From Callorhinchus milii (Eukaryota): DNA of 64,000 nt. The first letter of the stretch is position 1. Every line of letters starts with the position of its first letter. The stretch is from positions 103,852,001 to 103,916,000 of the forward strand of contig NW_024704743.1 in the NCBI RefSeq assembly GCF_018977255.1, written 5' to 3'. Below the pieces are notes generated by a model. The model saw only the letters and a program-made list of their open reading frames with translations. It was not told the DNA's origin and ran no database searches. A program made the translations under genes and the position numbers. Below are positions 49,761 to 63,445 of this stretch, one piece after another.

Positions 49761-52309
49761 TACAATTATAGTAATATGCTAGAATTGTTGTTCACTTAAT
49801 TGCAAGAGGTTCAGATGAACAAGTCCCTTGAGCCATTTGAACTCATCTTTCAAAATACAATTTACCAATTTCCCTGACCTCAATTATTCTGCCTAGTAAC
49901 CCATTCAAGCTAAAGGCATCCTATAAATCTCTGAACCTGGGACCTCTTGCCTTAATGTATTTTTTCTGGCTTTAATTTCTTTGTCCAATTTATACCTTTA
50001 TAAGGTTTTCCTTGAGACATGTCTTTTGGAGGCAGAGAATCCTGCCTTATCTAGTCATTCCTCCTAGCTGATCTCTCTAACAATGGAGATCAGCCTCATT
50101 GCTCTCTTTTGTACTGCCACTTAGGCCTTTATGTCACAGTGACCAGAACGGTATGCAGTATTCCAGGTGCAGCTTGACCAGACCATTGCACAGATTGAAT
50201 ATGATTTAATATGATCTGAACTCAACAGTTTGGCAACGTAGCTCAGCATCCTGTTTGCCTTCTTTACTGCTGCCTCACTGGAAGAATGAGATTAAATAGG
50301 CCCAAGAGTCTTCATCCAAATCTCGCTTGTAATTTCCTAAGTGCTGATCAAGGATTCCCTGGGTTAGGGCAACTTCAATGTGCAACGGATAAAGCTACAT
50401 CTTAAAGGAACAGCTTGTTGATTCAAATCTCATTCTGTGCCGAATATGCTGGTCTCAGCCAGGGTAGCATGGGGAGAGTAAACTACCCCAGCTTTCCCAG
50501 GTTAGTCAGGGGAAAGCGAGCGAGGATTCCTAGTCCTGTCCACTGCACAAGGAGAGAGGAATCTTGAGGGGAGGGTTCTCATTGTATGTGAAGGGCGAAG
50601 ATACCTGTTGCATACAGGGGAGTTATGTCTTTAATCAGCAGCTCTGAAGCATAGAACACAATGAGAAAGAGTGACTGAGAGAGAGACTAATTATGTGTTT
50701 TGATAACTTACTTTATAAAATTGGGGTGTAGCTCAATTAGCGTACTCTATATGATACAATAGTCCACTGTCAAACAATCCAAGAATGGTATAAGTTATTT
50801 CAATGACTGAGTATGAAATAAAGTGCAGATGGTAACGGTTACTGACTATATAATCATGACGAGTCTTCATTACTACCCGTAACTAGGCCTACACCCATGA
50901 ACAGTTTGGTAGGTTATTCTATGGCATGTTCGCTGCCTGGGTGTATTAAAGCAATTTTGTTTTTATTTAACTAGTATTTTAGATGCACAAGCTTAAAATG
51001 TGCAACAAGTAAAATGAAAGAACGGGTCAAATCTTTTCCAGATCATCTCCAATTTGTGTATTAAGAAAAGTCTCAGAGGTCATCTGGCACCTGTGGAATT
51101 GTGTTCCAGTAGATGGAAAAACTGAGTCAAAAGGCCTTGGGTGAGAAGTAAAGGAGAACAAAACTGACAAGCAAATCAAAGCAGCATGAAAAGTGCGCCT
51201 TAAATCATTCCAAAAAGCAAAGTGTGTTTTTTTTAAAAAAATGTGTTTGCTTAGATTATGAGATAGCTTTCTAAGTGAACATTTCACCATGATTTAAAAA
51301 GGTCACAGAGTGCTCTCTCTTTCTTTTTTTCTTTTCCTTTTTTTTCTCTCCCTCTCGTTCTTTTGTATTGAAACAGAATAGTGTGGTGCAACAAAATGAA
51401 CTAACGACAGAATTAGCTGCAGTCTAGTCATGTGGCATTCAGTCTAGAAAATCAGTTACGGGTCATGATACGGACTGGTCATGATTATACATTGACATTT
51501 TGCCCCTAGGAAAGTGACCAAACATCTGTTCCTGTGTATCAAGTGTACACTGATAAGCTGTAAGAAATGAGGCTACCAAGATTATCAGTGGTGCCTTCCT
51601 ACTGACATGTGTAGCAATTAAGTTTCTAAACAATTGTCAGATGGATCAGATAAAGGAAGAATTCGCATTTGTACAGATTTCATCATGTAGAAACATCTCA
51701 AAGCACTTTATAACTAACTGCTGCCCAATGCAGTAACCATTTTTGTTTGCAAACATGGCAGCAAGATTCTACAAACAGCCATATGGCGAGTTAACAACAA
51801 TAACTTGCAATATTTGCATTTGCATTTATATAGCGCCCTTCACACAGGTCAGTGTTTTAATCTGGAGGAGAATCTCTCATCTCTTCTTCATCAGTCTCAT
51901 GTGAAGCATTATGGGTTGTTCTTGACATATAAAATGATGTATTATGAACTTCTGCTAAGTAGTACAATGGAAAACTACTGGAAACTTGTACCTCTGTATA
52001 ATTTTTGTTGTTGTGAAATGTGAGTATCAGTATTTTTAATGAGCATTTGTGTATGTGTCTTGTAAACTACTTGAACATCCTTGACCATGTCGGTTGCATT
52101 GTGTGAAAAAAGGATGTCTAAACAGATGTGCTGTGTGATAATAAGATCTGTAACCACAGGGTCTTTCTTTCTATGCAAAAGATAAGGAAATTGTATCTGT
52201 ATTTGTGATAACCAGATGGACTTATGGTCATAGTCACAACAATGTATGGATGGCTTTGTGTGATGGATGGAGCAAGGATAGGTCATGAATATAGTATTAA
52301 TGGTCAGGC

Positions 52310-52706
52310 TACTTATCGCTGAACGGATCAATTCCAAGATCTTCACACTCGTTTTCAAATCCATTCATTCCCTAGCACCTCCCTACCTCTCCGACCTGCT
52401 TACCCCACAACCTATCACCCGCTGCCTCCGCTCGACTGGCTCCAGCTTTCTGCATGTGCCCTCCGTTCCACCATTAGTAGCCGCGCTTTCAGCCACTATG
52501 CCCCAAAATTCTGGAACACTCTTCCTCTATCTCTCCACCTTGCCCCGTCCCTCCCCATCTTCAGGTCGTGCCTGAAGATTGTCCTCTTCAACTGTGCCTA
52601 TGGTCACCTCCCCCTCCCTCCGGCTTGGTGTCGTGCTCCACCACTGTCACTCTGGGACACTACCCTGAGTGAGGGGCACTATATAAATGCAAGTTGTTGT
52701 TGTTGT
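52310..52706 (+). mobile_element. L2 LINE 3' end; similar short ends at about 1870-2141(+), 33775-33982(+), 55730-55900(+) and 59490-59880(+)
   Basis: ERINSKIFTLVFKSIHSLAPPYLSDLL; tail GGGCACTATATAAATGCAAG(TTG)n. Confidence 0.85.
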
Positions 52707-53019
52707 AAATATAGCCAGTGTAGTTGTTGCTATTCAGAAGAGACCTGAAAAGAAGAGTAAACTCCTGCAACTACTTATTTTTTTCTCCAGACTGGTAATT
52801 ATGTCTTTCTCTACAATTGATACTAATATAACACTTTTGTGATTTATGCAAACAGTCTGTGAAATTGATTATCTTCGTGTTTGAATCCATTGACAACTCA
52901 CGTCAACACATAAGATCTGTAATATCCACCCGAGGAAAGAGACTAGACCTTCATCTAATATTTCAACCAAAAGACTGCACCGTTGGCAATGCAAAGCTTT
53001 CTAATACTGCATCAGAGCA

Positions 53020-53550
53020 TTAATTAGTGCCTTTCACATTGGGAAGACTAGGGGTGGGGCCTGAGGAGGAAAGGTGGAAGGTGGTTGAAAATATGGTCAT
53101 AGCTATACGTTTGAAGGCTTGGAATGAGGGTGTGAGGTTGAGAGACTGCAGGATGGAGTTCCAGCGGTAGCAGAACAGCTGAAGGCTCGCCCCAATGGTG
53201 CAGGAGAAGACACAGGCTACAGAATTCCGAATGGTCTGGAGCTTGTGTAGGGAATAGCTGGGAAGACCAGTGAGCAAAGCAAATGAATAATAAAGCTTGC
53301 AGGTGATGAAGACATGGCCGAGGACCCTAGCAGCCAGGGGAGAGAGGTCATAGCAGAAGCAGACAATATTACAGAAATGAGAGAAAGCGGAGTCAGTGAG
53401 ACCCGAATCGTAGTGCTTGAAGAATAGTTGGGGGTCAAACAAGATCCCGCACCAGCTCGGTGAGGTAGACTGAGCACCTATGCAGGTTGATGAAGTGAGC
53501 GTATGAGGTAAGAAGGCACTGTCAGGAGCCAAGCAGGAGAGCCTAAGTCT
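53020..53550 (-). mobile_element. Decayed L2 LINE fragment
   Basis: GILFDPQLFF...HVFITCKLYYSFALLTGLPSYSLHKLQTIRNS. Confidence 0.8.
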
Positions 53551-54309
53551 TGTAGAAAACTGTAGAAAATCAGAAGGTGGGGCTTAAGTACACAATTTTT
53601 GTGACCCTCAGAAACAATTGCTACCAACTAGTACCAAACGTATCGGTTGCTTACAAAACATTGTCAACTTGAATGTAACAAGGCATGATTGTATTTATTT
53701 ATTTGTTTGTTTGTTTATTTATTTTCATCTATTAATTTTAAAGTTAAATGTCATATTGTCTCAAATGTATTGTTGATCTATAATACTGTAAAAGATTAAC
53801 TGACAACAAGACAAAACTGATTCTTTATATCGACTGACAAGCTACTTACAATTGACTCTCATATTCAGGTTTATATTATAGGATTATATGCTCAGCAGAT
53901 TTATTGGAGGATAAAATGTTTATTTTGGCCAATTCCAATGAGTGTGAATTAGATATGAAACCTGAATTAGGAATCTGCTTTATCCTTATTGATGGCCAAT
54001 AGTTATATATGTCATCGCTGCTATTAGGCAGTGCACAGTAAGTTTCAGTTGTATCCTATTTTAAGTCATGGTGGTGGAGGTGGGGAGGGGGGAGTAACCA
54101 TTGTAAAACTTTGTTCTAGCATAAATTGTTTTAATATTTAAGGTAACTTCCCATTAAAGTTTTTTTTAAATAAATGGATTTGAATGTGACCTTTCTAACT
54201 TTAAGTTAAATCTCTTTACAATAGAAAGTCTAAGGGGAGTGGTTTGCTCCTGCGTTCCTAGGACATTGATGTGGGCTAAATGCTAATCTCTTCCGATTGG
54301 TAAGTTTCA

Positions 54310-54692
54310 CATAGAATCATAGAATTATACAGCCATTCGGCCCATCATGCCCATGCCAGCTCTTGAAAGAGCTGTCCAAATTAATCCCACTCCTCCGCTC
54401 TCTCCCCATAGCCTTGCAAATTTGTCCTCCCCAAATATCTATCCACTTCTCTCTTGAAAGTTGTTATCGAATCTGCTTCCAGCACCCTTTAAAGCAATGC
54501 ATTCCAGATCTGAACAACTCTGTGTGAAAAAATTTCTCCTCATCTCCCCTCTGATTCTTTTGACAACTATCTTAAATCTGTGTACTTTGGTTACGGACTC
54601 ACCCGCCAATGGAAACAGTTTCTCCCTGTTCACTCTATCAAAATCTCATACTTTTGAACACCTTTATTAAATCTCCCCTTAACCTTCTCTGC
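54310..54692 (-). mobile_element. CR1 LINE 3' end; other CR1 3' pieces at about 27170-27335(+), 22280-22440(+) and 47890-48070(-)
   Basis: REKLFPLAGESVTKVHRFKIVVKRIRGEMRRNFFTQ is the typical CR1 RT C-terminus; terminal (ATTCTATG)n repeat at 54310. Confidence 0.85.
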
Positions 54693-55027
54693 ACCTATGC
54701 ACTTACAGTAATTTTGATGCAATTTTAAATTTGATAGCTTTAACTTTGTGTTATTTATGTATAAACATTTTGTTAAGTTATTCGTAAACGAACAGAAACA
54801 AATTCACAAAACCCACTGAATGGCTAAGAAAGCAGTTTAGTCAATTTCAACAAGTATGCTCTGTGTGTGTCCTGGAGCAGAATAAATCACCTTTTTTTCT
54901 TTTTTGTAAAGTATAGTTATTGTCAGTCATGAGTGACTTGCAAAATACTAACGTTCATGTAAAACAAACTGCCTCCGATATATCAGTATTTGTTTTAAAC
55001 CCAATTTTATTTTTCTAAAACATCTTG

Positions 55028-55241
55028 TGGGGAGAAATTCCACCTGAGTCAGAATGGCCAGAAATTAGCAAGTTCATAAATTCAGCCTCAAGTTTGAAGC
55101 CATGTTTCCGTACATTTCATTTAAGAACTACAGAAAAATAACTTCAAGGTTAGTATTGAATTGATCAATTGGTCAAATATTGGATGCTCTAAAATACTAT
55201 ACATAAATAGTCAGTCTAGACACAGGTGGATTTTCTCCCCA
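55028..55241. mobile_element. ~210 bp MITE; a second copy in opposite orientation at ~40800-41016 and a remnant at ~100-170
   Basis: TIRs TGGGGAGAAATTCCACCTG / CAGGTGGATTTTCTCCCCA; the internal motif tagtcagtctagaca is shared in reverse with 40816-40831. Confidence 0.7.
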
Positions 55242-55898
55242 TTAGTTTGTTTATCTCTCATGTAACCTTATTGCACCTTATCACATCTTCGAGACATCGC
55301 AAAGCACTTCACAGAATATACTGTAAGAGAAGGGAATTGACTGTATATTATGCCATGCTCTTTCATTTTCACCATTCCATAAGCTCAGTAGCGCAATTAT
55401 TTGCCGAGAAAACATTTTTATTCCTGTTTTCTTTTCTCCTAAAGTTGCTGATTCCTTACTGGCAAACAGTCTCATCACCAGCCTAAGTGCTGATTGTTCA
55501 TAGAACAAGTGGCATCAGACTAATGTATTCAATGGTGCGGGGTATGACTGTCAAACTTGATCCCCTCCTTATCCAACATCCAAAAGCATGCAGCTTCAGC
55601 AGGAACTATACTGACTTTTCCAATTCATTTCTTTCAATTCCAAAGGAAATGTGTGTCACACCTTGAGCAGATGTATCCCAGGAAAAAGTGTGAAGAGGAG
55701 AGACCAGTCTAGGAGGGCATCTTGGAGCTCTCCCTCAATCTCTCCACCTTGCCCCCTCCTTCCCCATCTTCAGGTCGTGCCTCAAGACCTTCCTCTTCAA
55801 CTGTGCTTAAGGTCACCTTCTCCAACCCCCTGGCTCAGTGGCAGGCTCCACCAGTGTCAAGCGCTCTGAGACACTGCCCTGCATGAGGGGTGCTTTAT

Positions 55899-56200
55899 AA
55901 ATAATAATAATAATCTTTGCATTTGATATAGTGTTTCACATCTTCTCGACGTCTCAAAGCGCTTCACAGAATATGCTGAAAGTGAATTGACTATATTTGT
56001 GGGCGAAACGCAGCAGGCAATTGTGCACAGCAGTGTCCCACAAACAGTCGTAGATTGAAAACAACCAATTTTTTTTTTGGAGGGATTATTATTAGGTGTG
56101 TGGAGTAAGGAAACTTGCCCAAGGTTTCGCCCTGCCTGGAATTGAACCCAGGTGTCTCGCTTGCAAGGCAAGTGCTCTAACCACTGAGCTACAGGACTCC
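55899..56200 (-). mobile_element. tRNA/Deu SINE inserted into the tail of an L2 3' fragment
   Basis: The L2 tail GAGGGGTGCTTTATAA is interrupted and resumes after the SINE as ACAAATACAAGTTATTGTTG. Confidence 0.9.
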
Positions 56201-59200
56201 ACAAATACAAGTTATTGTTGGTATTTCATGGCTATTTAATGTTTTCCTCTACCATTTTGATTAACCACATTTGAATCTTGATCAAATTTATAATAATAAC
56301 AACTGAGCTCTTCTGACACCTAATTGTGAGCACAGGACTCTCAGGCCCTTTATCCTAACCAAGCATCCATATTTATTATCATTTATGGGAATTTTGTTTA
56401 ATTAGCTGGATGTCTGACACAAGGAAATCAATCCCCAACGCTTAAGATTCTCCAAATCAGAGTTCCAAATATGTGTGCCACATACACAAGGAAGGTTTTC
56501 TGTGTCTGGAATGGATTGCACACATTCTCTCTCTGGAGGGATGTCTCATGCTTATTGGGTGCAGAGCCAAGAGCCTTGGCAAGAGCTTTGGCAAGGAACC
56601 CCAGAGTATACAATTGGGGTACTGCTGGAGTTTAATCTACTAAAACTATATTGCTTGCCATTAATAGCACTGTCTGGCAAGCTTCCCACTGCCTGTCCAG
56701 CTTGGACCACCCTTCCCATTAGAGCTTCAGCTAGTCAGGTTAACAGAAGCCAAGTGGGAACAATACTGGGCCCCAGTGGCTAGTCTGCCCATCCAAGTCC
56801 TGCCAATGAGCCAGGTTGGCTGTCAGCAGCAGTGCCCTGGATTACTGTGGACCCAATACTCTTGTTTATGGGAATGGAGGCTCTGAAGACTGCATGTAGC
56901 CAGAGGGTCATTGATGAAGCTAATCAAGTAACCGTGCACACAGTAAGTCACTATCATTGTGGTACTAGGCTTTTAATTGTCACATAGCCTTTCTTGGATG
57001 GGAGGGGTCAGAAACAACTATAAATAAAGTAATGCTATCACGCACTTTAAAACTGCAGTGATGCAATAATAAGCACTTCTGTCTCTAGCCTATCTTTGTG
57101 CTTCTATCAACAGCTGTCACAAAGTCTTTAGTTGTCACGCTTAACATCTAAAAGTATTCAATATAAAAATCTCAGTTTTCAAACATCTTGATAATAAAGA
57201 CTGTATTACACTTGGATTTCTACAACTCTCTTTGGTTGTACTGAGCTGACCTTATCACCATGGTAATAGTCTACATTATCTTATTCTAAAGCGTAGCCAA
57301 GTTTGTGTTATCTTTCTTACTTCCAGACAACAACTTCTGACTTTAAAGGTTGTCCGCAGTACATGTTTCAATATCTCTGCCAATGACCAATCCAAAATAA
57401 GTTTTTTGTTGAAATGTTTTTTCTTGAATAAAATGTTTCCTTGTAGCACACAATTCTAAACATTGTCCTGGACGAATCTAAATAATTGCAGCTGATTAAA
57501 TGGATAACTATGTAGATCATGGATAGAAATTTAGATTTATTTTCAATATTTCCACATAGGTGAGATATTACAATCCTATAAATTGGTTTGATAATAAATT
57601 GAAAATCCAGCATTCGCAAACCATAAGTCACGAGGCAAAATTGCAACTTGCAAGCTTTGCGAATGCTGCATTTTTAAATTTACTGTCTCTTCCACTTAAC
57701 CAGAGGTCGAATATTAACCAGTGTATTAAGAGGTAGAGGCTAGCATTGCCTTTGGAGGTGTAACTATTTCATTCACGACTCAGTTCAGAATCTTATTCAG
57801 TCAGAATGGCACAGCACAAGCCATCTTAAGCTGTCTCTAGGCTGTTCACAATCTGCTTAGAGATGCTCTGCGATGATGTGCGCTGTTATAAAAAGAAAAT
57901 ATGTTTACACTTGCTTCGTGGCAGGCAATGTCCCTTTGATGTGCCAGTATCTTATGTCTGTGGCAAAATGATTGACAGGGTTATTCCTTGGTCAGAGTCT
58001 ATTTAATCATGAGTTGCACATGATCGCCCTGCGCCCATTTGTACAGAAGCCCACACTTGTTCTCAGTGCCAGGTAATGTGATCTATTGCAGATTGTGCTT
58101 TAAAATAAACATTATACTGAAGCAGATTACGTGTCACTGGTTTATTTTCCTCTTGGCCTGTAGCACAATGTGTCCGTATATGGATATATATTACACCATG
58201 AAAGTGGTCCCAGAACCTGGTGAATACAATGGAATGAGGGGCTTCTTTGAACATTGCTAAATTAACCATGCCAATGGCTTGATTCTAACTGCATCATCCA
58301 ACATCATTTGATCTGATTCTTTCAGAACTACCTTACATTGGTGTTCGTTGAGTGATAGAAAAAANTAGCCAGAAAGTTGCCAAGAAATGCCACATTTTTC
58401 ATGTGATAAACTGTTTACCCAGGGTCTGACCCTCCACTGAATATCAAACTGATTAACTCATTGCCTGACTCGAGCATCGTAAACCTCTCGTGACTTTCTC
58501 ACTTGCAGATTATAGTGTCAGTTTACTCCTAGAATATTTTTCATGTTCAACAGTTCCCTATGCCACAGCCACTACCACCCACCTAAAGCCAAAATGATAA
58601 GACAACAATCTGAAGAGTGCTACAGCTTTCCAAGGCAAAGAGTCTGGCTCGTGATAATTTATTTTCCAAATAGTTTTGTGCAGTCATGAAGTGCTATAAA
58701 TCCTTTGAAAACCTTATGTGGTCCTATGAGGAACTGATTGTGTGTAAACTCGTAAAAAAGTTTATTTTGATGATAATTTACAGCCCAAGTTAAAAGTAAG
58801 GTCACGCAGTATTTTTTTGGCAGGCTGCTAACCCCTTGCTAACCAAAAGTCATTTCATTAAAGAGTTTAATCTCAAAGTAGCTACTCCATACAATCCCTT
58901 AACCTTCTCTTTAACATGATACTCTGGCGCTATGCAAGTACTAACTATAAATCTAGTGAGATCTCAAATTTGGAATGAGTCTAAAATGCATGATTTCTAA
59001 TAAGATTCCTTCATACAACAGGAACAACAACTTTCATTTATATAGCTTCCTTCACACAGTATAGAGTCTCAGAGCGCCATCAGGAGACTAGCAAGGAAAT
59101 AGTTCACATTTGGAGGGGAGTTCTCACTGTTCAGTGGGACATACTTGGATTTGCCGGAAGGAGGTCCCATTTGAGTGATTCTGATCCCTTATTAAGGAGT

Positions 59201-60479
59201 CCTGCTAGAAATCTCTCAAATTAGAGTATGTTTTACTCATTGGCGATCCATCTTGCATATACAATGCAGATCAGAAGCTCTTCTGGAGATTCCAGTTCCA
59301 ACTAGTATTTCATACAGATGTCTTGAGAAGTAAAAGTAGTGAGATAAATAAATACCAATTATTTAAGTGTTAAACACTATTTGCTGGTTCCCCAATGTCT
59401 TAGCTAGTAGATTCCCTACCTACTCAAGCTGCATCAATAACACAGCAGCCTAATTTCTTTTTCGCATCTGGCTCCATGAGCTCAATCAGCTCCTTCCTTG
59501 CTCAGCTCCACTGGCTCCCCATCCCCCAGAGGATCAAATTCAAGATGCCCATCCAGGGCCTCCACAGCCTTGCTCCACTCTACCTCTGTCGGGCATCCTG
59601 CAACCATACTGCCCTGGTCAAACCCTCCACTTAGCAAACACTCTTTTGCTTCATGTCTCCCACCCACTCCACCTCACTATTGATGGGCAAGCTTTAAGCA
59701 AATTCTGACCCCACTCTCTGAAACTCTATCCCAGAATGCCTCGGCTTTGCCCCACCCCTCCCACCACCCAGACCTACTTAGTGTTCCCCCTCCCAGCTCA
59801 GGCACCCAGTCACCTGTGTGGGAGTCAGCACTTTGGGATGGCCTCTAACATGAAGGGTGATGTATAATTGTAAATGATTGTTTTTGTAGTAATGAGCTGT
59901 CAATCTCACTGTACACATCATATCCATAATTGGATCCAATAATCTAAACATTTGTTCATACCTGGGTGAAAAAACAACAAGCACTGCTTTCTGTTCACTA
60001 TCTGTCAGAGTCGGATTGCCTTGCAGAATTTTACTCCCATGAAAATTTTCACATTGCTCAATGTTTTCTCCGGACAAAACATGGAACCTCGCCCCTTGCA
60101 TTTAAAAGCCGAAGCTCTTTCAATAGAAAATTACCTGTTCTTTTCACAAACTGCAAAGGCTCACTGATATCATTGTAAACTTGGGAGATGAATTCTCCTT
60201 CCAGGTGCCATGATATAAAGAATATGCACTTGTTATAAGAGGACAATGATAACATCAGGGAGAACAACATTGTAAGCACATACCGGGGAGCTACACAAAA
60301 GTTGATTGGGAAAGAAAAATAGAGAATAAAAGCCACTCCATTGTGGAGTGAGCATTGCATTGTCCTGCAAATGAGACATTAAACCAAGGTCTCGTCTCCG
60401 TGTTCTGTTGGGGATGTTAAGTATAGTCACTGGATTTGGGACATCCTGCTGACTTGAAGGGTGCTATATAAATGTAAAT

Positions 60480-60820
60480 ATGTATTGTATATCTCGGCAA
60501 ACACAGCAGCTAATTTGTGCACAGCTGTGTCCCACAAATGCCATGAAGTGAATTGCCAAATACATTTGGGGGAATACTGGCCAAGACATCAGGATGCTTC
60601 TGTTTTTGAGTAGTGCCATGGAATCTTTAACACAGTTAAAGAGGCAGAAGGGCCTTGGTTTAAAGTCTCATCTGAAGGATGGTATCTCCAATAATGCAGT
60701 GCTTCCCAAAGCAGTACATTGGAGTGTCAACCTAGACTGTGAATTCAAATTCCAAACATGGGCCTTGAACCCACAATCTTCTGACTCAGAGTGTACCAAT
60801 TGAGCCAGGCTGACACCTAA
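60480..60820 (-). mobile_element. Old SacSINE1-like Deu-SINE
   Basis: Reverse head (cttgaacccacaatcttctgactcaga..gagccaggctgacac) and Deu domain. Confidence 0.75.
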
Positions 60821-61371
60821 ACTCAATAACTGGAAGTACATGAATCAACAGGAACCAACAGGAACTATGTTTCTGAAGTACATTAGAGTGGAATTCCCTT
60901 GGATTTGCTTGACTAAGGTTTACTAAGTTGCCAGTAGAAACAGCTACACATTAGATGCACTTTTTCAATACAAACAGTGTTCCAAAACCACTGTTCTTGC
61001 GACAATGCTGTGCACAATTGGCTGCCACGGTTCACGCACAAATATGCAGTCAATTCACCTTACAGTATATTCTGTGAAGCGCTTTGAGACATTTAGAAGA
61101 TGTGAAAAGTGCTATATCAAATGCAAGGATTATTATTTATTATTACAAAAAGGTTTTGCCCTGAGCAAGTCATATAACCATAATACTCCTTATCAACATA
61201 TTAGGTAATTTTGCTTGTTTTAGGATGTTAACTTGTGATTAAGAAGCTGTTGATGATAATTTTTTCTGCCACTTTACATGATATAAGCAAAAAAAACTCC
61301 CTATACTGGGAGTGCTTCATAAAGTCTCAAATTGCTTCACAGGATTTACTGTAGCTTTTACAGGATTTACT

Positions 61372-61686
61372 GGAGTCCTGTAGCTCAGTGGTTAGAGCAC
61401 TCGTTTTGCAAGCAAGAGACCTGAGTTCAATTCCAGGCAGGGCGAAACCTTGGGCAAGTTTCTTTACTCCACACGCCTAACAATAATCCCTCCAAAAAAA
61501 CAAAACAATAATAAATTGGTCATTTTCAATCTACGACTGTCTGTGGGACATTGCTGTGCGCAATTGGCTGCCGTGTTCGCCCACAAATATACAGTCAATT
61601 CACTTTACAGTGTGTTCTGTGAAGCACTTTGGGACGTCCTCCTGACATGAAAAGCGCCATATCAAATGCAAGGATTATTATTATTA
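61372..61686 (+). mobile_element. Young tRNA/Deu SINE nested in an older minus-strand Deu-SINE (~61310-62115)
   Basis: Full head to tail. The host sequence cttcacaggatttact...gtgaagtgactgtgtatttg continues on both sides, with ttact at both junctions. Confidence 0.9.
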
Positions 61687-63029
61687 CTGTGAAGTGAAGT
61701 GACTGTGTATTTGTAGCTGAACACAGCAGTACAACTGCGCACAGCAATGTCCTACAAACAGTTCTGAAAAAGATGATAAATTTTACCTGAGAGATTGTTT
61801 ACCAGGACACTTGGAGAAACTCCCTTCTCTTTTCAAGTACTGCCACGGTATCTTTACTAACCACCTGAACAGGCAGACTGGTACTCAATTTAACATCTGA
61901 TCTAAAGTACGGCAGCTCTGACAATGCAACTTAAAGCACTCACGTGAAGCGCGCTATATAAATGCAGTTGTTGTTGTTGTTGCAGAACCTACCCCTGTCA
62001 GCACTCCATTAGTGTCTGCCTAGACTATATGAGTTCAAGTCTTGGTGTGGGACTTGGAATTAACAATCTTCTGACTCAGAGGCAAGAATGCTACCAACTG
62101 AGCCTGGCTGACACTGGCTTCAGAGATTATGATCTTGAAATCAAGCCTTTTTACCATATTTACCTGAACTCTAAATTTTACAAGGTAATTTTTATTTGAG
62201 TTTACACAAATAGGGAGAATGATGGCAAGACTGCCAGTACTCAGTTTGCCTCATGTTTTTGAAGCATGATTTAAGACACTTTATAAACAAGTAACTCAAA
62301 GATCACTGCATTTAGTGATCAGTACATTACTAGACCCCATGAAGATAATAGAATCACAGAAATAACAATATAGAAGGAGGCCACTTGGCCCATCAAGCCC
62401 ACACTGGTGCTAGCTACCCCACTGGAGTTACAACTTTAATAAAAATAATCATCCTTTCATTTGATATCCTTTCAAAGTGCTTCACAAGATATACTGTAAA
62501 AGTGGTTTGACTGATATTTAGTGGGCGAAATGCAGCAGCCAATTTTGCAATTTTGCACACAGCCATGGTGTGAGTGACCAATTTTATTTGGGGGATTTGT
62601 TGGCCAGGATACTGGGAGAAACTGCCTTCTCTTTTCAAATAGTATCATGGCATCTTTAATGTCCATCTGAATCTCGGTTTAACATATCATCCAAAAGATG
62701 GGTTAATTAATCCCAATTCCCAGTTCTTGCTCCATACCCTTTAATTCAATACAAAACAAATTTACAATTATGTAGCTCCTTTCACTTGGGAGGACCCAAA
62801 ATTCTTTATATTTTATCTCCGTTTTATATTGTATCTCCTCAAATTTCCTTTAAATGTAGTCATCACATTTGAGTAATCACATTTTAGTAACAATTCATGT
62901 CCTTAATGACCCTCAATGCAGACAAAAATAAAATAATGACTATGAAGATAAATAAAAAGATTAATGCTGGAGATTTTAAATAAAAACATAAAATGCTAGA
63001 AATGAATAAAAAATGAATCAGCAATTATA

Positions 63030-63445
63030 AACAATAATTACAAACCTTCCATTTGATGTTGTATCTTTCACCTCAAGATGATGTCTCAAAGAGCTTCATG
63101 GAATTGATGCATAAAGTGTAGTCACTGCGTACTTTGTGGGCAAACATGGTAACCAATTTGTGCACAGCAATGTCCCACAAACAGCCTTGATGTTGGATGA
63201 GGGGGATTTTTTGCTACAATACGTTCTCATTTTGAATACTGTCCTGGGATCTTCGATGACCACCTGAACATTTAGATAGGACTTTAATTTAACATGTCGT
63301 TCAAAGGACAGCACCTCTATTAAATGCAGCACTCCCCTGACACTGTATTGGAGTGTCAGCCTAGATTATATGATTTCAAAGCCTGACTCCACAACCTCCT
63401 TGCTCAGAAGAGAGAGTGCTACCAACTGAGTTAGGCTGACATCTA
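63030..63445 (-). mobile_element. Old SacSINE1-like Deu-SINE; further decayed copies at about 1-85, 25405-25725, 29795-29975, 31090-31440, 41450-41670, 61000-61145 and 62445-62700
   Basis: Head ..gagtgctaccaactgagttaggctgaca, Deu domain and tgtgcacagcaatgtcccacaaacagcc segment. Confidence 0.75.

Noticed and set aside
58365..58365. Single ambiguous base (n)
   Set aside because: Assembly ambiguity with no biological meaning.
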